Shown here: one piece after another, positions 28,751-37,048 of the stretch | How positions within the stretch are numbered: the stretch's first letter is position 1 | Layout of the letters: every line of letters starts with the position of its first letter | From: a virus | Virus record (IMG/VR): IMGVR_UViG_3300009509_000001 | Span: 1 to 64,000 of that record | DNA length: 64,000 nt | Direction: 5' to 3' (one strand) | The notes under the pieces: model-generated | Databases searched by the model: none | Seen by the model: only the letters and a program-made list of their open reading frames with translations | What the model was told of the DNA's origin: nothing | Program-made: the position numbers and the translations under genes

Positions 28751-29607
28751 CAGAAATCCTCCTCGCAGAGATCGTCATACCAGGTATGCTCGGTGCCGGT
28801 CGGAAGAACTTCCGGAATCTCGGTGGCCTTGTCGTGGCCTTCCGGCTCCTTGTAGATCACGTCGGTCATCGGCATGCGGTGCAGCGTGAGCTGGTAGATG
28901 ATGGGCACGCCCTTGATCTCGGTTACGGGCGTAACGCCGCGGACCACCCAGCGGGTGCCGTTCTTGTCGTCGAGCCACAAATCGTTTTCCTTGATGAGCG
29001 TCGGATAGGCCACGCACCGCACCTGCCGTCGCGTGTCGTCGACCAGGGCCATTTCGGTCTTCTGCCTGGTGGCCTGTTTCTGAATCGGATTCACCGTGAG
29101 AACGATCGGCGCATAATAGCCGCCGGTTATTCCGGTTCCGAAACACTCGGGGCACTGGGCGTCCACGGCCTCGTCCGTATCGTGATCGGCGCAGGTGGTG
29201 CATACCGGCCCCCACTCGCGGCGCTTCAGGATGACTCCGGTTAGGCCGAGCCGCTGGTAGCTCAGCAGTTCCTTTCGGGTCAGCTCCTTGGCCAGTATGT
29301 AGTCCTGACGCGACCAGCCGCCGATGGCCCTGACGGGAATCGAGTACTGCCAATCATCGACGCCGCGGTCGTACCGTATGCGGTAAAAGGTGTTCATGTC
29401 CTTGTTCCAGTTCCAGCGAACCGGGTCGACGTAGGTGCATTGGTCAGTCAACGGACCGGCCACGTTTTCCCATTCGCCCCCTGACCGGGCTTTGTCGACG
29501 TAGAAGTCTATGGACAGATCGCTCGTGAAATTGCGGCGCATCTCCCAATGGATGATCTTCTGCATCCTGAGATCGGTCGTCACGTATGTCCATTCGAAGT
29601 CGCTCAT
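28750..29607 (-). CDS. Neck / head-closure protein with inserted Cys4 zinc ribbon (285 aa)
   Basis: Position; CTTC...CPECFGTGITGGY motif. Confidence 0.6.
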   Translation of the reverse strand: MSDFEWTYVTTDLRMQKIIHWEMRRNFTSDLSIDFYVDKARSGGEWENVAGPLTDQCTYVDPVRWNWNKDMNTFYRIRYDRGVDDWQYSIPVRAIGGWSRQDYILAKELTRKELLSYQRLGLTGVILKRREWGPVCTTCADHDTDEAVDAQCPECFGTGITGGYYAPIVLTVNPIQKQATRQKTEMALVDDTRRQVRCVAYPTLIKENDLWLDDKNGTRWVVRGVTPVTEIKGVPIIYQLTLHRMPMTDVIYKEPEGHDKATEIPEVLPTGTEHTWYDDLCEEDF

Positions 29608-30488
29608 CTGACGCGGTATCCGTTATAAGCCGGGCTGCCGACATAGCCGTAGCACGCCAGCGAATTGATACGCACTTTTTCCTGCTTCATCCAGGTACGC
29701 CATTCGTCGACGAGATCCTGGCCCAGCTTTCCGTAGGCGTCCCACTTGCGCTTGTCGTTTATGGTAAGGCCGCCCGCACTGTACTGCAGGTCGTCGCGCA
29801 GGTATTTGCGGGCGGCTGTGCGCATCAGGTACCCCAGCGTGGCTTTCCGCCAATGTTCCCGATAGGGGAATGTGGCACCCGTGTATGTCGTGACCGGCGG
29901 CAGCGACTCGTTCCATTCCTCAATGGGCCGCATGATCGCGAACGCGATCTCGGTGTCGCTCCACTCGTAGTCGAGTAAAAGGTTGTTGGCTTCCGGTTCG
30001 GCATCCCGGGCCATGAGCCGGACTTCGGCGATGCTGATCGGCGTGTTGTGCGGGATGTCCTGCGTCAGGCCCTTGCGGACCTCGAGCCACATCCGGTATT
30101 CACCGATGATGTTCGGCGTCGCGTCGTAGAGAATGATCGCCGCATACCACATGCCTGCATAAGGGATGTCCACCGGGTCGAAGTCGATGACGACCGTGCC
30201 GTCCGTCGGGGTGACCGGCGGAGCGAGTGTCTTCTCGATGTAGAGCTGTTGATGGAACAGCATCTCCTTGGCCACGAATTTGATGGAGTCGACGTTCGTG
30301 AGGTCCACTGGCGTATCGTCGGAGATGGACGTCTGGAGCTGCACGGTTATGGTCTTGTCCTGGTCCGTCACGAGCGCGAGTACGGGCATTCCGCCCCCAG
30401 AGTTCCCTCCGCCGCCACCAGGAGTGTCGCCACCGCCGCCACCGCCGCCACCGCCGTTTCCAGCTATGCACAGTTCAGGAATGGGCAT
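29604..30488 (-). CDS. Head-tail adaptor (neck) protein with N-terminal poly-Gly and BppU-like beta domain (294 aa)
   Basis: SIAEVRLMARD...NNLLLDYEWSDTEI and DDLQYSAGGLTINDK motifs; position. Confidence 0.6.
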   Translation of the reverse strand: MPIPELCIAGNGGGGGGGGGDTPGGGGGNSGGGMPVLALVTDQDKTITVQLQTSISDDTPVDLTNVDSIKFVAKEMLFHQQLYIEKTLAPPVTPTDGTVVIDFDPVDIPYAGMWYAAIILYDATPNIIGEYRMWLEVRKGLTQDIPHNTPISIAEVRLMARDAEPEANNLLLDYEWSDTEIAFAIMRPIEEWNESLPPVTTYTGATFPYREHWRKATLGYLMRTAARKYLRDDLQYSAGGLTINDKRKWDAYGKLGQDLVDEWRTWMKQEKVRINSLACYGYVGSPAYNGYRVR

Positions 30489-30505
30489 TGTATGTCTCCT
30501 TGAGT

Positions 30506-30532
30506 AAAGGCTGCGGGGTTTCCCCCGCAGCC
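30506..30532 (-). terminator. Intrinsic terminator-like hairpin after patatin gene
   Basis: Minus strand GGCTGCGGGG-GAAA-CCCCGCAGCC-TTTA: perfect 10-bp stem, GNRA loop, short U tract. Confidence 0.65.
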
Positions 30533-30568
30533 GGCAAGAGGGTGCGTACGAGGAACCCTTCTACCAAT

Positions 30569-31447
30569 TTATTTGAATCTGGCGAACGCCTCATCGAACG
30601 CCTTCGAAAACTTCTCGCTCATCGACTCCACGATCGGAACGAGTTCAGGCTGGTCCATCTTCCACGATGGTTCGAGGGTCACCGGATCGAAAATCTCCAG
30701 ACGGTCGAATCCCATCTGCTTGCCGACGAAGCACGAGCGCATTTCATTGGCCTTGACGGCCAGGTCGATGATCGGCATGATCCATTTGAACTTGGACCAC
30801 TTGCGGACTTTGCGCATATCGTGCGGAATCGTCGGGTACTGGCCCGTGCCGATCACGAAGATCTGCATGTCCCTGTACCTTATGTTGAGCTTGTGCTTGA
30901 CCGCCGCAGCCGTCTCCATGAGCGGAATGTTGGCTACGAGGCCGCCGTCGATGAAGCTCTGGAACGGTGGGAAATAGGTAGGTGCCGCGGCCGTGGCCAT
31001 GCCGATCTCCCAGCAGGGCTTGTCGGCGTCGCCGTCCGGGATCAACGTATCGAAAACCTTCGGCTTGTTGAGCTCGAAATCCATGGCCGGAACCACGATC
31101 GGCCTGTCGAGCTGCCCTGCGGTCGTATTCTCGAACACGGTCTGGAGCGCCTGCTGCAGGCCCTTGCCCTTGTACGACGGTTTGAACGGGTTGATCCGCT
31201 CGAGCCACGTGCGCTTCGGGAACGCCTGGGGCGCCATGATCTTGAAATCGTGCAGCACGTTTTCGCACGTGCGGCCTGATGCGTACATCATGGCCAGGAT
31301 TCCACCGATCGACGTGCCGGCGAAGCAGTCGAACTTGTCGGCGATCGACTTGTCCTTGAAATGTTTCGCCAGAAACGCTGCAGGGACGGCGCCGAAAACG
31401 CCGCCCCCCGCTATGACGAGGATTCTGTAAGGCTGACGCCTGACCAT
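30569..31447 (-). CDS. Patatin-like phospholipase (~292 aa; start moved to ATG 31447)
   Basis: AGGGVFG oxyanion motif, GTSIG nucleophile elbow, ATAAAPTYFP, DGG catalytic Asp; SD GGAGG before 31447. Confidence 0.92.
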   Translation of the reverse strand: MVRRQPYRILVIAGGGVFGAVPAAFLAKHFKDKSIADKFDCFAGTSIGGILAMMYASGRTCENVLHDFKIMAPQAFPKRTWLERINPFKPSYKGKGLQQALQTVFENTTAGQLDRPIVVPAMDFELNKPKVFDTLIPDGDADKPCWEIGMATAAAPTYFPPFQSFIDGGLVANIPLMETAAAVKHKLNIRYRDMQIFVIGTGQYPTIPHDMRKVRKWSKFKWIMPIIDLAVKANEMRSCFVGKQMGFDRLEIFDPVTLEPSWKMDQPELVPIVESMSEKFSKAFDEAFARFK

Positions 31448-31455
31448 AATGCCTC

Positions 31456-31854
31456 CTATGCCAAAGAGCACCCTAATTGCGTAGCCATGTCGGCATCCGC
31501 AGCTGGGACCACCTTCAGTTTCTTGAACAGTTTGACGAGCGGCCCGTCCTTCGGAACATCGACTGGTCCGACGGATGCAAGCTTCTCCTCCCCATCGTCA
31601 TTCATGGCGATAAGGTAGGGAACATGCTTGAATTCGGTAGCCGAACGTAGCTCGCGTCGCGGGATGCTCATTGACAGCATGCTGTCGCAGATCACCAGAG
31701 ACGCCGGTTCGGCCGACTCGTACATTTCACAGATTGCTTCTTGAACGGTTTCGACCTTGACAATCAGGCATTCGCGGCTTTTAACCTCGCGGAGCGTTTC
31801 CGCCAGCTTGTCGGTCGTCATCAGTCCCCCTGTCACCCATATGATCTTCGTCAT
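31456..31854 (-). CDS. Degenerate response-regulator receiver (CheY-like) domain protein (132 aa)
   Basis: KIIWVT...TVQEAI...PASLVICDSML...FKHVPYLIAM follows the (beta/alpha)5 receiver pattern; phospho-Asp position kept, beta1 acidic pair replaced by TG. Confidence 0.5.
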   Translation of the reverse strand: MTKIIWVTGGLMTTDKLAETLREVKSRECLIVKVETVQEAICEMYESAEPASLVICDSMLSMSIPRRELRSATEFKHVPYLIAMNDDGEEKLASVGPVDVPKDGPLVKLFKKLKVVPAADADMATQLGCSLA

Positions 31855-32393
31855 TGCAGTTTCTCTTTGACCTCCAATTTGAGTCCATCTACTTTGTTCG
31901 TAAGGTACTTGGAGACGCCTTCAGTGTTGTCGAAGGTCTTGACTTGATCGGTAACGTCTTCGCAGAGCTTGTCGAAGGATTTCTTGTTGACCATGTCGCC
32001 AATCGAAACGCCATTGTATTTGAAAACCCCGAGCTTGTCCTTTATCAGCAGGTACTCTGCCTTGATGACGAGCTCGAGGTTCCATTTGCCAGGGGTCATG
32101 ACCGGCTTGCCTTCACGGATGTAGCTGCACAACCAGCAGTTTAGAACATGGCCCATGTTGGTGTACACGGATTCCAGTATCTTGTCCGCCTGCTCGTGGC
32201 TGACGTTCGAGTTGTACCCCTGCGTCAGCGTCTCGAGATGCGTACGTATCACCGTAAGGGTGTCGGCGTTGGCCTTTTTGTCTCTGCTGCGGTACCAGAG
32301 CAGCGCGATCGTCAGTATCATGCTACCGAACGAAAACACGGCTACCACCGCTTCGGATACGGCCTTCAGCATCTCTTTGTCCAGCTTGTCCAT
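31851..32393 (-). CDS. Single-TM membrane protein, holin candidate (180 aa)
   Basis: One N-terminal hydrophobic helix (VVAVFSFGSMILTIALLWY) followed by a basic stretch and a soluble domain. Confidence 0.4.
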   Translation of the reverse strand: MDKLDKEMLKAVSEAVVAVFSFGSMILTIALLWYRSRDKKANADTLTVIRTHLETLTQGYNSNVSHEQADKILESVYTNMGHVLNCWLCSYIREGKPVMTPGKWNLELVIKAEYLLIKDKLGVFKYNGVSIGDMVNKKSFDKLCEDVTDQVKTFDNTEGVSKYLTNKVDGLKLEVKEKLQ

Positions 32394-32401
32394 TTTACCG
32401 G

Positions 32402-32776
32402 TTATTCTCCGTCAAGCAGTTCACAGATTTTGCCAGAAACTCCCGCCTGGGTGTACACGACGCACACGGCGTTCTGGATAAGGGTAGCTTCCTTGGCGGA
32501 CAGCTCGACCGTGCCGTCGGCATCGATGGCATCGATGACCCGGTTGGCAAGCTTATAGCGTTCGCGCACATTCTCCGGCTTCGGGTGTTGCCCGTCGCCC
32601 ACGGCGGCGGCAGGATGCAGCAGGGACGCCGCGATGACGCTGCCGACGGTCATGTCGCGCATCTCCGGAGGTTCCCCGGTTTCTCTGATTTTCTGCAGAT
32701 CCTGACCGGGAACCGCTTCCTGCATGCTCTGACCGCTGATGCGGTTCATGATGACTTCATTGACGTCAATCTTCAT
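32402..32776 (-). CDS. Small helical protein of a type often found after fibre genes (124 aa)
   Basis: RERYKLANRV...VELSAKEATLIQNAV motif; SD GAGGAG. Confidence 0.55.
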   Translation of the reverse strand: MKIDVNEVIMNRISGQSMQEAVPGQDLQKIRETGEPPEMRDMTVGSVIAASLLHPAAAVGDGQHPKPENVRERYKLANRVIDAIDADGTVELSAKEATLIQNAVCVVYTQAGVSGKICELLDGE

Positions 32777-32806
32777 GTCGTCTCCTCGTCGCTTTGTGTT
32801 AATGGG

Positions 32807-32825
32807 GGCAACCCGAGCGGCTGCC
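32807..32825. other. Intergenic GC hairpin
   Basis: ggcaacc-cgagc-ggctgcc; a T-run follows only on the plus strand (tttca), so it is not a convincing terminator for the minus-strand genes. Confidence 0.35.
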
Positions 32826-32855
32826 TTTCATAATAAAATAGCATATATAGCGTAA

Positions 32856-33431
32856 TCAGTCAATATCCAGAACGCGGCCCGTATGCAGCGCAAACCTGCG
32901 CCTTCCGGCCGATTCCTTGAGGATCTGACGAAGAGCGGATTCGAATCCGCGCAAACTGGACATGGCCGTGACCATAAGCCTGTACGGCTTTTTCCCGGTT
33001 ATCGGCTCGGCGTCGGAATCCATCGCAGCGCTGTCCCGGTATCCGTCGAACAACGAGTACGCCTCATCGGTCGTGAAGTTCATGACAAGCGTCTTCTGTT
33101 TCCAGGCACCGGCCACCACGCCTTTTGCGGTAGTGACCTGCTTCTTTCGATACGAGTCGGACTTGTCCGCGGCCACGGCGCCGCTCAGCGGGCTGCCGTC
33201 GTACGTAAACATTTCGTATACGATGCGATCAATAAGATCCGAGAACAGGTTGACGTCGCGAAGTTCGATCTCGATCTGAACGGTATCCACATACACGGGG
33301 CTCTCCGGGGTGCACTTGCCGGACAACGTGAGAAGGCCCTTGAGCGGCCCGTCCATGGTGAACGTGGACGGTACCCAGATGGCGGTCGTGGCCCCGGTCG
33401 GAAGCTCTACCCGTCGCTGTATGCAAAGCAT
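32856..33431 (-). CDS. Fibre assembly chaperone-like protein, two internal repeats (191 aa)
   Basis: IQRRVELPTGATTAIW / RKKQVTTAKGVVAGAW...DGYRD...PITGKKP; paralogue of the next ORF. Confidence 0.5.
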   Translation of the reverse strand: MLCIQRRVELPTGATTAIWVPSTFTMDGPLKGLLTLSGKCTPESPVYVDTVQIEIELRDVNLFSDLIDRIVYEMFTYDGSPLSGAVAADKSDSYRKKQVTTAKGVVAGAWKQKTLVMNFTTDEAYSLFDGYRDSAAMDSDAEPITGKKPYRLMVTAMSSLRGFESALRQILKESAGRRRFALHTGRVLDID

Positions 33432-33433
33432 GG

Positions 33434-34039
33434 CTATGCCCCCACTTCTTTGACGATTCCGCCCTCGAGCGCCGTTCCCACCATTATGTCGGCCAGGATG
33501 TCGGCATACAGGTCGGGATATGTCGCGAGCGTATCCATCGGTATCGATACGCGAATCGGCTTCTTCCCGGTAACCGGCGGCTTCCCGTTACAGAACGAGT
33601 CGACGTCCAGATACCCGAACATGTACAGCTCCACGGCATTCTCCTTCAATCTGGCAATCAGTTTGGCACACCGCCAGCAGCTGGCCGCTGCACCGGACTC
33701 GGTCACGACGCTTTTGACGATGAGCCGTCCGTGGACATCGATCGGGCATGGCTCGATGGAGCCGCCGTACCACTTGCTGTCCTCCTGGGTAAGAAGGTAC
33801 GTAGCCAGCTCCGTGAAAACGGATTCATAGCTGGCCAGGATTCTGATGTCCACGATCTGGATGTCCAGCGGCAGCAACGGATCACCGTCGGCCACAAGGG
33901 CGGCCTCGTCGACATATCCAAGCAGCGACACTTCCGCCTGCCCGGATTCCAGGTCTGCATTCAGCAGCGTACCGTCCCAGGCCAGCGCAGGGGCGCCGCA
34001 GGGCGTATCGATGCTCTTCTCAATGTATTTCTCTGCCAT
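33434..34039 (-). CDS. Fibre assembly chaperone-like protein, two internal repeats (201 aa)
   Basis: IEKSIDTPCGAPALAW...LLGYVD / IVKSVVTESGAAASCW...MFGYLD...PVTGKKP. Confidence 0.5.
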   Translation of the reverse strand: MAEKYIEKSIDTPCGAPALAWDGTLLNADLESGQAEVSLLGYVDEAALVADGDPLLPLDIQIVDIRILASYESVFTELATYLLTQEDSKWYGGSIEPCPIDVHGRLIVKSVVTESGAAASCWRCAKLIARLKENAVELYMFGYLDVDSFCNGKPPVTGKKPIRVSIPMDTLATYPDLYADILADIMVGTALEGGIVKEVGA

Positions 34040-34052
34040 AATTTATCTCCTA

Positions 34053-36329
34053 TTAAAGATGTTCGCCGTCACGGAACTGCAGGGCCTTCACCAGGAAGGA
34101 CACGCCGTACGTGTTTCCGGCCGTTCCCCGACTGGCGGCTTCGATGTTCAGCCACAGCAGCTCTGCCGGATCTCCGTCGGCTTCAGCGCCCTTGTGACTG
34201 ATGTCCAGCGTAAACTGATAGGTGACCTGCTGGCCGGCCACACCGCTCTTGCTGACGGTGTGGCTCGTCTCACCGGCCGTGCTCGCAGGATCGGTGGTAG
34301 ATATGGTATCACCATCTTTGCTGGAATTCAACCAGGCGATCATCTGCAGCGTCCCGGTGCCCGAAGGAACCAGGACGACCTCCACCACAAGCGGGGCCGA
34401 CGTATCGATCCAGCGTGCGAGCGGGAACACGGCACCGACATTGTCGTCATCCGTATTGAAATTGTTGTTGATCATGCCGGCCTTGCAGTTGGAGCTGCGC
34501 CACAGATCCTGGTCGCCCATGTTGGCGCCGGCGTCCTGGAAACTGTTCCAGAACACGGGGATACCGGCGTAGGCCCTGGCGTTTCCGGACATCTGCCGGA
34601 ACCCGTCGACATTGATCTTGACATTGTCCGTCTGCAGTCTTATCTGCTCGAAGGTCGGCGCCGTAGTGATCGTGGCCGTGATAATACGGAATCTGACCCA
34701 ATAATAACTGGTGCCCAGCGTCATCGGATCAGTCTTGGTCCAGTCGGCCCGTATGGCCGGGTTGAACATGACGTCGTAAGTTCCTGTGGCCACGGTGAAC
34801 AAAGCGCTGTTCTTGCGGTAGTACTTGCCGGACGCCTGCACGGTCATGATGTTGAACCTGGACCAGACATCTCCCCAGGTTCCGGTAGCGTCATTGGCCA
34901 CCCAGGTATCGGTGATCTCGAACGTATTCGTAGTAACGTTGGTGATCTCGAACGTACCGTTGTAGTTGGTGGTTCCGGAAATCGTGACGACGTCGCCGTT
35001 GGACAATCCGTGTGCAGCGGAAGTAACGGTGACCTGGCCGCCGCCGGCATCGGCGAACGCCGTAATAGAGCCTGTCTGTGCTGTCGGGTATTCAGCAACC
35101 ATATCGCCGGAACCGAGTACGGCCGCCACCGTACTGCTGAACTGGATTCCGAGGAACTTGTGGAATTCGGAAGTGGATATGGGAACCATCGACCCGACGT
35201 AAAGCGCATCGTTGACGTCGAGGCCCATGGTGAACGTACTCGCAGCTGGGCTCTTGGCTTCGGTCGTTCTGTCAGTGTATGTCGTAAGCCCGTCGTCATA
35301 CGTATATACAAGCATGCCGTTGACGTAGCTTGCGCCTGCGCCGAGGGACGCTTTGCGCGGGAACGTCGGATGCCCGACATGCAGCTCCGCGAGTACGGCG
35401 AGCGACTCTGCTTCTGCCGCGGTGCTGAGGAAGTGCGCCTGCATTGTCGCATCCGGGTGCAGACTGAAATAGTTGGCGTCGGAGATACCGAATCCCTTCG
35501 AGATCGTCCCGGCTCCCGCCTGGTAATTCAAAACCGTGTTGTCCAGGAAACTGACGTTGAACCCGGAGAACACACTGCCTGTCCCGGTGATGTCGCAGCC
35601 ATAGTCGTTCTCGTTCATGATCCCTGCGCGGAGGATGAGTTCGCCGCCCGACTCGATGTAGCAACCCTTAGTGGCGTTGCGCACGATGACCTCGTTGGCA
35701 TCGAGTACGCCGGTGGCCGATACGTGCAGTCCGTTGACGACGCTTGCCTGCTCACTGAAGCCACTGAATAGCGTGGCGTGTCCGCCGGAGACGAAAATAA
35801 GGTCCGTCAGTGCCAGATTGCCGCCCGTACGGATGTCGAAGATAGCGGGTGTGCCCGCTTCAACCTTGATGCCGACCGTCATTGCGTCGCCGAACGGCAG
35901 GAATACCGGACGGCGGATCGTCGGACGGGCGCTTGCATGGTTCACCAGGACACAACGGGTGACGTCCAGGAACGTGATGTCGTCCAATACGTAACTGCCG
36001 GCCGCATTGATGTTGAACGCATAGGCTGACGAAAGATGATTCTGGATGGCCACGCCGATAACCTTGGAACCGGAGGACAGGGTGATGGCTTCCTGCGTCG
36101 TGTTTCCGGTGAAGTCCAGGATGGTGTCTCCACCGAGGGCCTGCAGCGTGACGTAGGCAGGGACGTTAAGCACATTGTTGCCGATGCTGTAGACGCCGGC
36201 GTTCAGATACACGACGTACGGCTTGCTGATGGACGAGTCGGTGATGGCATCCAATGCCGCCTTGATGTCGTCGCCTACGCACAGGTTGTATATCTGCTTG
36301 GCAGGATTATGATGGTTGTCGTGGCCCAT
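34053..36329 (-). CDS. Fibre/spike protein: pectin-lyase-like beta-helix, FCCH-like barrel, C-terminal jelly-roll (758 aa)
   Basis: DDIKAALDAITDSSISKPYVVYLNAGVY beta-helix cap; VTVTSAAHGLSNGDVVTISGTTNYNGTFEI motif. Confidence 0.65.
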   Translation of the reverse strand: MGHDNHHNPAKQIYNLCVGDDIKAALDAITDSSISKPYVVYLNAGVYSIGNNVLNVPAYVTLQALGGDTILDFTGNTTQEAITLSSGSKVIGVAIQNHLSSAYAFNINAAGSYVLDDITFLDVTRCVLVNHASARPTIRRPVFLPFGDAMTVGIKVEAGTPAIFDIRTGGNLALTDLIFVSGGHATLFSGFSEQASVVNGLHVSATGVLDANEVIVRNATKGCYIESGGELILRAGIMNENDYGCDITGTGSVFSGFNVSFLDNTVLNYQAGAGTISKGFGISDANYFSLHPDATMQAHFLSTAAEAESLAVLAELHVGHPTFPRKASLGAGASYVNGMLVYTYDDGLTTYTDRTTEAKSPAASTFTMGLDVNDALYVGSMVPISTSEFHKFLGIQFSSTVAAVLGSGDMVAEYPTAQTGSITAFADAGGGQVTVTSAAHGLSNGDVVTISGTTNYNGTFEITNVTTNTFEITDTWVANDATGTWGDVWSRFNIMTVQASGKYYRKNSALFTVATGTYDVMFNPAIRADWTKTDPMTLGTSYYWVRFRIITATITTAPTFEQIRLQTDNVKINVDGFRQMSGNARAYAGIPVFWNSFQDAGANMGDQDLWRSSNCKAGMINNNFNTDDDNVGAVFPLARWIDTSAPLVVEVVLVPSGTGTLQMIAWLNSSKDGDTISTTDPASTAGETSHTVSKSGVAGQQVTYQFTLDISHKGAEADGDPAELLWLNIEAASRGTAGNTYGVSFLVKALQFRDGEHL

Positions 36330-36340
36330 AGTTCTCTCCC

Positions 36341-37036
36341 CTATGTTCTAAATGGTGCGTCTTTGTTCTTCGTTCCGCCCACCATTGGCCTGAAGTGAAC
36401 GTCACCAGTTTCGATGAACGGATCGGACGACATCGTGCCGTTGTAGGTCCAGGTGATTTGAATGATGCCGTCCACCTCGATCTCGTCGGTGTCGAGCAAC
36501 CCGCCCGCACCACCAGGGGCACTGAGCTGGATCTCGTTGACGACGTGGCAGAACTGCGGATAGTTGGCGATGGTCAGTCCGTTGACGGCGATCTGCAGAG
36601 CGATCGGTGGGCTGAACTTGGCGAACGGCGCAGCCGTATTGCGTGGTGCGTAGCTGACTGCCAGGTTCATCACGAAGTTGCCGCTGATCGTCTCCGCACC
36701 AAGCAGATCCGTAGCGCTTCCCGCATTGTGCGCCCAGTGCGGATGCACATACAGGTCGCTGCCCAGTACGTACCGGTGTGGGATATGGTAGCGCGTGTCG
36801 ACCTTGTCGTTGGGGCCATACTGGAACCCGCGGACTATCGTACCGCCGTTGTCCTGAAAGTTGGCCACGGCTGGTGCGTTCGCGCCGGCGTAGTCGGGAA
36901 GGACAAGGCCGATGATGTCGTCCCATCCCCAGTCGTTTGCGAGCTCGTCACCGACCTTCATGCCTTCGCTTCCGGAGGGCATGACAATTTCCGCAGGGTA
37001 TATGGTTGCTCCGTTGTGATTTTCATGTCCTGGCAT
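36341..37036 (-). CDS. Putative carbohydrate-binding virion protein (231 aa)
   Basis: WDDIIG...RYHIPHRYVLGSDLYVHPHW motif; located in the fibre cluster. Confidence 0.5.
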   Translation of the reverse strand: MPGHENHNGATIYPAEIVMPSGSEGMKVGDELANDWGWDDIIGLVLPDYAGANAPAVANFQDNGGTIVRGFQYGPNDKVDTRYHIPHRYVLGSDLYVHPHWAHNAGSATDLLGAETISGNFVMNLAVSYAPRNTAAPFAKFSPPIALQIAVNGLTIANYPQFCHVVNEIQLSAPGGAGGLLDTDEIEVDGIIQITWTYNGTMSSDPFIETGDVHFRPMVGGTKNKDAPFRT

Positions 37037-37048
37037 ATAATAATCTCC

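Noticed and set aside
30569-31447. CBASS operon (CapV-like effector)
   Set aside because: No CD-NTase or Cap2/Cap3 genes adjacent; the context is virion morphogenesis.
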